64,000 nt of DNA, taken from Plasmodiophora brassicae. Taxonomy: Eukaryota. Below are positions 57,769-64,000 of the stretch, in pieces (the first letter of the stretch is position 1; every line of letters starts with the position of its first letter). The translations under genes and the position numbers were made by a program. The DNA is taken from assembly GCA_036867785.1 (NCBI GenBank), contig CP145413.1, positions 186,001 to 250,000 on the forward strand. The letters run 5' to 3'. The notes below the pieces were generated by a model that was not told where the DNA came from, made no database searches, and saw only the letters and a list, made by a program, of their open reading frames with translations.

Positions 57769-60431
57769 TCAGTCGTGGTGCAGCGCAGCGTCGATTGCTG
57801 CATAAGTCGACGAGTTCCGCTTCAGGATTTCGTCACAGGGGCCAAGGAGCCGCACGAAACTGGCGCGGTCCAGTGTCACAACCTTCAGAGGAGCATCAAC
57901 AGCGATCACGTTCGCAGCACGAGGCTGGCATCGTTACAAGGGTTAGCGGGTAGACGCTCCATGTCGGAAAGAGCAGGTTACCTGATCGTTAAGCAACGCG
58001 AGTTCGCCGAAGTAATCCCCGCGCTTGTAACGCATCACTTCTTGTGCCTCAGTGTTGCCTGGAAGAACTTTCGTTGCAACAGCCTCTCCGTCGACAATGA
58101 TATAGAAATTATCGCCGGGCTCATTCTGGCGGATGACGTACTCGCCGGGCTGATAGGACTTCTCCAGAAGACAATCGGCGACCTTTGCGATCTCAGTCCG
58201 GTCGAGCGAACTCAGGATCTGCACGCTACCCAAAAACCCTGTATTGCGGTCAGTAATGGGCAGTGCAGTGGGTCACCCAGACGTGTTAAGCACCTTCATA
58301 GAGCGTCCGCTTCTGGCTTGTAGTATCCATGACTACACGTCTGAATGTTGGCCTGTCAACAACCCAGACGAGGATATCTCCTTTTGCTCGAATCGACGCT
58401 GCGCGAGGGCTATTGTACATAAGCGCCAATTCACCGAATCCCTCTCCAGCTTTGTAGGTCTTAACGAGAACAGGCGGGCCGTCCTTCTTCTGCACGAAAC
58501 ACTCCGCTTCGCCCTGCTCACCGACATAAGTGGACGAAATATGCCTCCAGCACCGTATGTAGCTCACCTTAGAGAGAATATAAAAGTTGTCACCTGGTTG
58601 GCCTTGTCTAATTACATATTCGCCATCTTTGTACGCTTTCTGGTACATAGCATCCAGGATGATCTCTCTTTGCGCGTGATCAAGACCGGCGAAGAGGAAG
58701 TTCCCTTGGATCGATTTGAGAATCGATGCCCTTTGGACAGGGGTCTTCGGGACAGAGGCCGATGGCGACGCATTCGACGGAATCGACGTCATTGCTGTCA
58801 AGCACATGAGCGAACAAGAGTATACGCATAGTGGCACGAACCGACGTACCGGCAACAGGCTCAGAGGAGACAGCAGTACGGCGGCGGCGCATGGACAGCT
58901 GGGTAGAGTTCGCATCGCCTGCACCGAGCAGCGGTTGGGGCACCACAGTGACACCACTGACGGCCTGCAACTTTTCGTTGTAGATCTTTTGTTCAATCGC
59001 GTTGTAGTTGTCCGTGTTCCGCTTGAGAATGTGGTCGATCGGACCCAGCAGCCTTGTGAAGGCGCCTCGGTCGAGGGTGACAGTGGTAAGGTTTCCGACA
59101 GCAATGACGTTGGCAGCACGCACGTCCTGGTTGATCAACGCCAGCTCCCCAAAGTAATCGCCTGGATGTAGCTCCAGGACGGTGACGGGTTCGTCTTGGA
59201 AATCGAGCGATTTGGTAACCTGCATTGATACCGTTATGCGCATCGAACGTCATACACGAAGCGATCCATCCGCCCTACTTTGGCGTTCCCTTGCACGATA
59301 ATGTGAAACTCCTCGCCGGTTTCGCCTTGGCGAATAACGTAGTCGCCATCCTTGAAATTCTGTTCAACGAGGGCATCCGCCACTCGTGCCCTCTCCGACT
59401 GGTCGAGAGACGCAAGGATCTTCACAGCCCCGAGGAACTGCTCGTACTTGCGACGGGACGTCGATGTGGTCTCCATTAGCATCTTACGGAACGTTATGCG
59501 ATCAACAGCCCAGCAGACAACATCCGTCTGCGCAATGATCGTCGCGGCACGCGGGCTGTTGTACATCAGCGCCAGCTCGCCGAACGATCCGCCTTTCGTG
59601 TACGTTTTCACCTGTATTTCTGTCAACGAGAGTGCGCCGGTTGAGTAGCATAAACGGCGATACCAGCTTTGGAGGTGCACCGTCCACAGACACGTAGCAG
59701 TTGGCGGTCCCGCTATCGAGAACGTAGAAGTAGTCACCTTCCTCGCCCTGTTTGATAATTGATTCACCGGCCTGCAAGCACCGTCACGCTCAGGGCGCTC
59801 CAAATCGCAGGGCCGAAGACAGCAACTACCGCGTAGCGCTTCTCAGCCATGGCGTCGAATATCATCTGGAGCTGGTCGGCGCTCAACGACGAGAACAGGA
59901 TGTTGTTCCGCACCGATTCGTCAATGCGTTCCAGCTGTTCTTGTGTCTTCGGAACGGCAATAGAGGCGGGTGCGTCCGCTGACGCCATAAAATGGACCTG
60001 GGGCAGGCCTCTCAGCAACCGAAATTAGGATGCGCGTCCAGCATGGCGTACGGGTTCAGCGGAAACGGCTGTGCGACGACGGGCCTTGCCGCGAGGCGTT
60101 GTCTCAGCGGGCAGATGGGAAACGTCATCGGATAGATCCATCGCATTCTCTGCCGAACCGCGGCGACTGGCCCGCAGGCTATGGGCGGTCGACGATGGCC
60201 CGCGTTCCTTGTAATCGGTCAAGAACCCAATCATAAACTAGAGGACATGTGAGGTTCGCGAACAGTACAACGCTCTGCGCCGGGACCAACATCAATGGGA
60301 TCCTCTGGCGTGTTCAGGAACAGCTGTTCCAGCATGTCCTTCAGGACGCCATCGATCTTCGTTTGCGCGTAACGTGACACGCGCTCCAGCTCGGTCGCGT
60401 ACGACGCGGAGTCGCCGTTCGCGCCCGACAT
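57769..60431 (-). CDS. PKA regulatory subunit-like protein with tandem duplication (D/D + 2 inhibitor sites + 4 cNMP-binding domains)
   Basis: D/D-like [107 protein letters not shown]. Confidence 0.92.
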
Positions 60432-61217
60432 CTAGCGCCCAGACCCGGACAGCCAGCCCCCGTCTTCCGTCTCGGCGCACGCCCAACCGATACCGACAGA
60501 CCGACCAACACGATTGTGAGCTGCGGCCACACTTTCGGTCCACAGGCCGACACAGTGCCCAAAAATACTACCGTACAGCGGTTGCTGCGGGCTCACACGA
60601 AAAAAACCGTTCGACAGTCCAGCGAGGCGCGGGGCCTCGTTGTCCTGTCGGACCCACTACCTTCCTCATCAGGCGCCTCGCCCGCCTCGTGGGTCGTGTG
60701 ACTCGTACCCCATCGGCACCCCGCTTTCGATCACGTGTTCGGTGACTACATGCATGCATCCTGTTCTTATTTCGGGGCCCTTATGGTCGCCACATCCGTA
60801 AGCCCTGTCAGCCCTATGTAGAGAGCTACGTCGCGAGTGCAGGCTGATGTACTGTCTTCCTCCGAACCCATGACCAAGATGTATTTGTACGGGGTCGCGG
60901 CAGGCTGTTGGCCAACCTGGACTGATTCTGGGGCGGTGACATCGCCAGCCATGCATGCGCGCGTGTGCATTGGGCAGCACCCGCAGTTGCTGACGTCCAC
61001 GTGGCTGGGCAACGTGTTCCTGTCGGGCGTGGCGCATCGAGTGAGTCACGAACGGTTGCAGCGGGAGATGCGGCATACCGAGGCAGGCACGCGCCTCCAC
61101 CGTGCTGTGACTCGCTAGGCGCGCGGTGGTCTGAACCTGCGACCCTCATTCCAACAAGAGCCAGCGCGCGACAACAACAGCAGCAGCACCACCGCCACCA
61201 CCACCCCAGCAACAACA

Positions 61218-61670
61218 ATGCAAACCCGCCAGGCTCGCTCCATCACTGGCCACCTGCCGCCCCACAGCCTGCACGGCCCGAACCCATCCATCAAGCGCAA
61301 GTCCAGGTCGGGATCGCGCAAGACCCACGCGGCCAAGAAGGTGGCCCACCGTAGCCCATCCCCCAAGCCGACGGCCGCTCACCATCATCGCTCCCGTTCG
61401 CCGGTGGCGCACCACCGTTCCGCTTCGCCGGCGGCGCACCACCGTTCCGCCTCGCCGGCCGTCCACCGTCGTTCGGCGTCGCGTTCGCACTCGCCGGCCG
61501 TCCACCATCACGCCAAGGCCGCTCACAAGCACGCCAACGGGGCGCATGCTCACCCGCAACCCGCTGGCAAGAACGCCCCGCTGTCCCCTCGCCACGTCGG
61601 ACCCACCGCGAACGCGTTCAACGCGGTCATGGCGATCGCCCTGAAGAAGGCGTCGGAGAGTGCCGAATGA
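61218..61670 (+). CDS. Small basic His/Arg/Ser-Pro repeat protein (protamine/H1-like composition)
   Basis: 150-aa ATG ORF with AHHRSASPA-type 9-aa (27-bp) repeats and essentially no acidic residues until the last four. Confidence 0.65.
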   Translation: MQTRQARSITGHLPPHSLHGPNPSIKRKSRSGSRKTHAAKKVAHRSPSPKPTAAHHHRSRSPVAHHRSASPAAHHRSASPAVHRRSASRSHSPAVHHHAKAAHKHANGAHAHPQPAGKNAPLSPRHVGPTANAFNAVMAIALKKASESAE

Positions 61671-61757
61671 GCCGGTCCACCACCTGTAGATACACGAACC
61701 GACTGAACGACCCATGATGTGGCCAATCGGGTGTACTTATCAACAGCGGGCGTCGCG

Positions 61758-62123
61758 CTAGTCGTGCTCGAAATGGTCGCGATCCCGGTGCCGATGCTCA
61801 TGCACCTCGTCGCCTCTGTCCGTGTTCTTCTCCTTGTGCGTGTTCACCGTGTTGATCGTGGCGATGACGTTGCCGTTGAAGTTCTCGTTGCCGTGGCCCT
61901 CGTCTTCGTTGTCGTGGTGATGGAAATGGTGGTGGTGCCCGTGGTCGAAATCATGGTCCCCGCCATCAAACCCGAACTCATCGTGGTCGCCGTGGTGGTG
62001 ATGATCGAGGTCCAGCAGGCCGCCATGGCCCATGACTTCATCGAGATCCATCCCAAGCTGTGCCCAGCTGCACTGCATCACGAACGCGAGCAGAGCAACC
62101 GTCACCAGCACCCACCGAGCCAT
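61758..62123 (-). CDS. Small secreted His/Asp-rich protein
   Basis: Signal peptide MARWVLVTVALLAFVMQCSWA; mature part DHHHHGDHDEF..DHGHHHHFHHHD..HEHRHRDRDHFEHD. Confidence 0.8.
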   Translation of the reverse strand: MARWVLVTVALLAFVMQCSWAQLGMDLDEVMGHGGLLDLDHHHHGDHDEFGFDGGDHDFDHGHHHHFHHHDNEDEGHGNENFNGNVIATINTVNTHKEKNTDRGDEVHEHRHRDRDHFEHD

Positions 62124-62196
62124 CGTCGCCAGCGGCCCGCGACGAGGTTCACGAATGGACGGAATCGATCTCTGTCAGGTTGATTTTCACCAGCGG

Positions 62197-62217
62197 TGAC
62201 TCACCCGCCGTGACTCA
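62197..62217. promoter_or_regulatory. Two TGACTCA (AP-1/Gcn4-type) motifs in a divergent promoter
   Basis: TGACTCA at 62197-62203 and 62211-62217, between the His-rich gene and DOMON copy 2. Confidence 0.3.
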
Positions 62218-62487
62218 GGCCAGCGAAGTTGGTGGCACCCTTCGTACTGTTGTCTCCTGGAGAACAGCCACGCGTGGGTGGATCCGCAGCACATCGATTC
62301 CACCGCACATAGAAGATGAGCGCTGTATGGTCTGGAACCTCGGACAAGAGCGCGCTGGGCATACGCTTCTGCAATGTTCTGGAATCACGGGGAGCAAACA
62401 GGTGAAAGTGTATTCTGGATACAGCTAGACTATCCACAGGGCCGACCGGGGGTTGCCCGCTTTATCGACGTCATTCACGAAAAGGTT

Positions 62488-63285
62488 ATGCGTTCAGTGG
62501 AGGTGCTCTCGATGTTATCATACCGTGTTTGGGCGGTTGCCGTTGCGCTCAGCGCTGCTGGCGCATATGGGGCGATTGATCTCCCGGCGCCTGGGCCTCA
62601 GGCTGTGAAGGGATCGGTGACGGTGACCGGACACTGGCGTTGCGCCTGGAAGACGGATGCTGCCAACAATCTGATCGAACTCGAGGTGACCTTACTTGAG
62701 CCGGGTGAACGCGGCTGGGTCGCTGTCGGCCTGACGAAGACCAGCCCGACGTCCGGGCACCTTATGACCGACAGCCTGATCGGCTGGGTTGACGACGCCG
62801 GCGCCGCGCACGTATACGACCAGTTCTCCAAAGCCTATGCGCAACCTGACCTGGACGTGAACGTCGGCGGGCAGGACAACGTGGCGCTGGTCAGCGGGCA
62901 GGTAAACGCGGACAAGACAACGACGATCATCATGCGTCGTCGTCTGGTCACCGGCGACACTGCCACCGACATCGATATCGTGAACGGCACGACCACCAAT
63001 ATGCTGTGGGCGCACGGCATCGATGTTCCCGTTGTTAACCAAGGGCCACCGCTGACCCTCTCCTACGGAAAACACGAGGACGACGATCAAGGCATCTTCC
63101 AGGTCAACCTATTCGCCGCAGGCGACACCACGCTAACCCCGGGGCAGACGGGCGATGACGGTAAGGACGGCGCTGGCGGTCCGGACAACACGCCTGGCGC
63201 CATGAAGAGCAACGCCTTCGCGTCACCATCTACAATCGCCACCACCGTCGCCGTTGCTCTCGTCGGGACCGTCGCTGTGCTGTAA
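62488..63285 (+). CDS. Secreted, probably GPI-anchored DOMON-domain protein (copy 2)
   Basis: Signal peptide (start 62488 or 62512), GWVAVGL..GHLMTDSLIGW, RRRLVTGD, MLWAHG, YGKH and a hydrophobic tail; close paralogue of 28310-29086. Confidence 0.88.
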   Translation: MRSVEVLSMLSYRVWAVAVALSAAGAYGAIDLPAPGPQAVKGSVTVTGHWRCAWKTDAANNLIELEVTLLEPGERGWVAVGLTKTSPTSGHLMTDSLIGWVDDAGAAHVYDQFSKAYAQPDLDVNVGGQDNVALVSGQVNADKTTTIIMRRRLVTGDTATDIDIVNGTTTNMLWAHGIDVPVVNQGPPLTLSYGKHEDDDQGIFQVNLFAAGDTTLTPGQTGDDGKDGAGGPDNTPGAMKSNAFASPSTIATTVAVALVGTVAVL

Positions 63286-63635
63286 GCACGAACGTTACTG
63301 CTCCATCTCCGCAGCCTAAATACCTGCACGTACGGGCGCCGGCGTTCCATATTCCGTGTGTGCAAACCCAGTCAGTGTAGGTTAGTCGGCGTCGTGCCGG
63401 CGCAGGCCGTGCTGTGCTACCCAGGCGCACGTTTTGGCCGCCCGCCGTGCCAATTCCGTCCTGCGCTGGGCCGTTATTTTGGGCCATGGGCCCGTTGTTC
63501 CCGGCCGCGCTGGTCTAAATCAGTGCACGCGGGCGACCGGAGGAGCTGCCCGCATCGCAGTCGCACCCTGCAGTTCGTCAGACGGGGCTGCCCCGGCAGG
63601 TCATGCGACGGACGTGACGGGGTATGCGGGACAGG

Positions 63636-64000
63636 ATGACCGTGGAGGTGGCCACCATGCTGGGCGGGGCAGGCGGGGACACGGCGGGCGCCCCTGACGA
63701 CGACCGCCATGCGCATTGCGTCGAGGCGGCCATGGAGTTGCTGCGCAGCGAGAAGTCGTTCATCAGCAAGATGCGGATGCTGGACGGCGAGTTCGATCGG
63801 CGACTCAGAGGCCAGTATGCCATCCGGTCGGACGAATTCCCGGAATGGGATGCCACCGTCGACGGTCTGTTCTCGCACGCTGCGCGGTTCGAGAAGGTCC
63901 ATGGGAGGCTGTATAGGACCCTGAAGGACGCCACGCGGCGGTCGGCGATGATCGTCGAGTGCGGGAAGACGTTTCGGGAATTCATCGGCGAAGCAACCCC
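63636..64000 (+). CDS. Probable RhoGEF (DH) domain protein, partial (runs off window end)
   Basis: HCVEAAMELLRSEKSFISKMRML..VDGLFSHAARFEKVHGRLYRTL matches DH conserved regions 1 and 2. Confidence 0.6.
   Translation, partial: MTVEVATMLGGAGGDTAGAPDDDRHAHCVEAAMELLRSEKSFISKMRMLDGEFDRRLRGQYAIRSDEFPEWDATVDGLFSHAARFEKVHGRLYRTLKDATRRSAMIVECGKTFREFIGEAT

Noticed and set aside
60751-61118. ORF 60837-61118 as a separate gene
   Set aside because: No recognisable motifs or clear start; may be UTR or intron of the downstream basic-protein gene.

Overview
Gene-dense, GC-rich eukaryotic (protist) DNA with many short (~45-70 nt) spliceosomal introns and tiny intergenic spaces. Intron size, compaction and the centriole/flagellar genes suggest a flagellated protist such as a plasmodiophorid (Plasmodiophora-like); this is inference only. 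About 30 protein genes can be read. Housekeeping genes: Nas2/PSMD9, a giant Sfi1-repeat protein, CEP131, COG4, ARMC9, ribokinase, RluB-type pseudouridine synthase, bacterial-type glucokinase, IscA, mitochondrial uS5, Dug2-like WD40-M20, Rpt4, kinesin-7, sedolisin and GAPVD1-like RasGAP-VPS9. Also present are two paralogous GPI-DOMON genes, a 7TM receptor-like gene, and one tRNA-Ala plus a decayed copy. Most notable: (1) a tandem double PKA regulatory subunit with two pseudosubstrate sites and four cNMP domains in one chain; (2) a 1.83-kb non-autonomous Mutator-like element (TIRs, 9-bp TSD) carrying a spliced Ulp1 SUMO protease with intact catalytic residues, inserted in a divergent promoter; (3) two apparent pseudoenzymes, a CAP-Gly/IQ/dead-PPEF/EF-hand protein and a PPi-PFK lacking its catalytic Asp; (4) a 237-bp near-perfect inverted duplication in a transposon relic; (5) an unexplained dense hairpin array at 21.55-21.76 kb. 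Multi-exon gene boundaries were spliced by eye and some termini are approximate. Family assignments rest on recognised motifs, not database searches.
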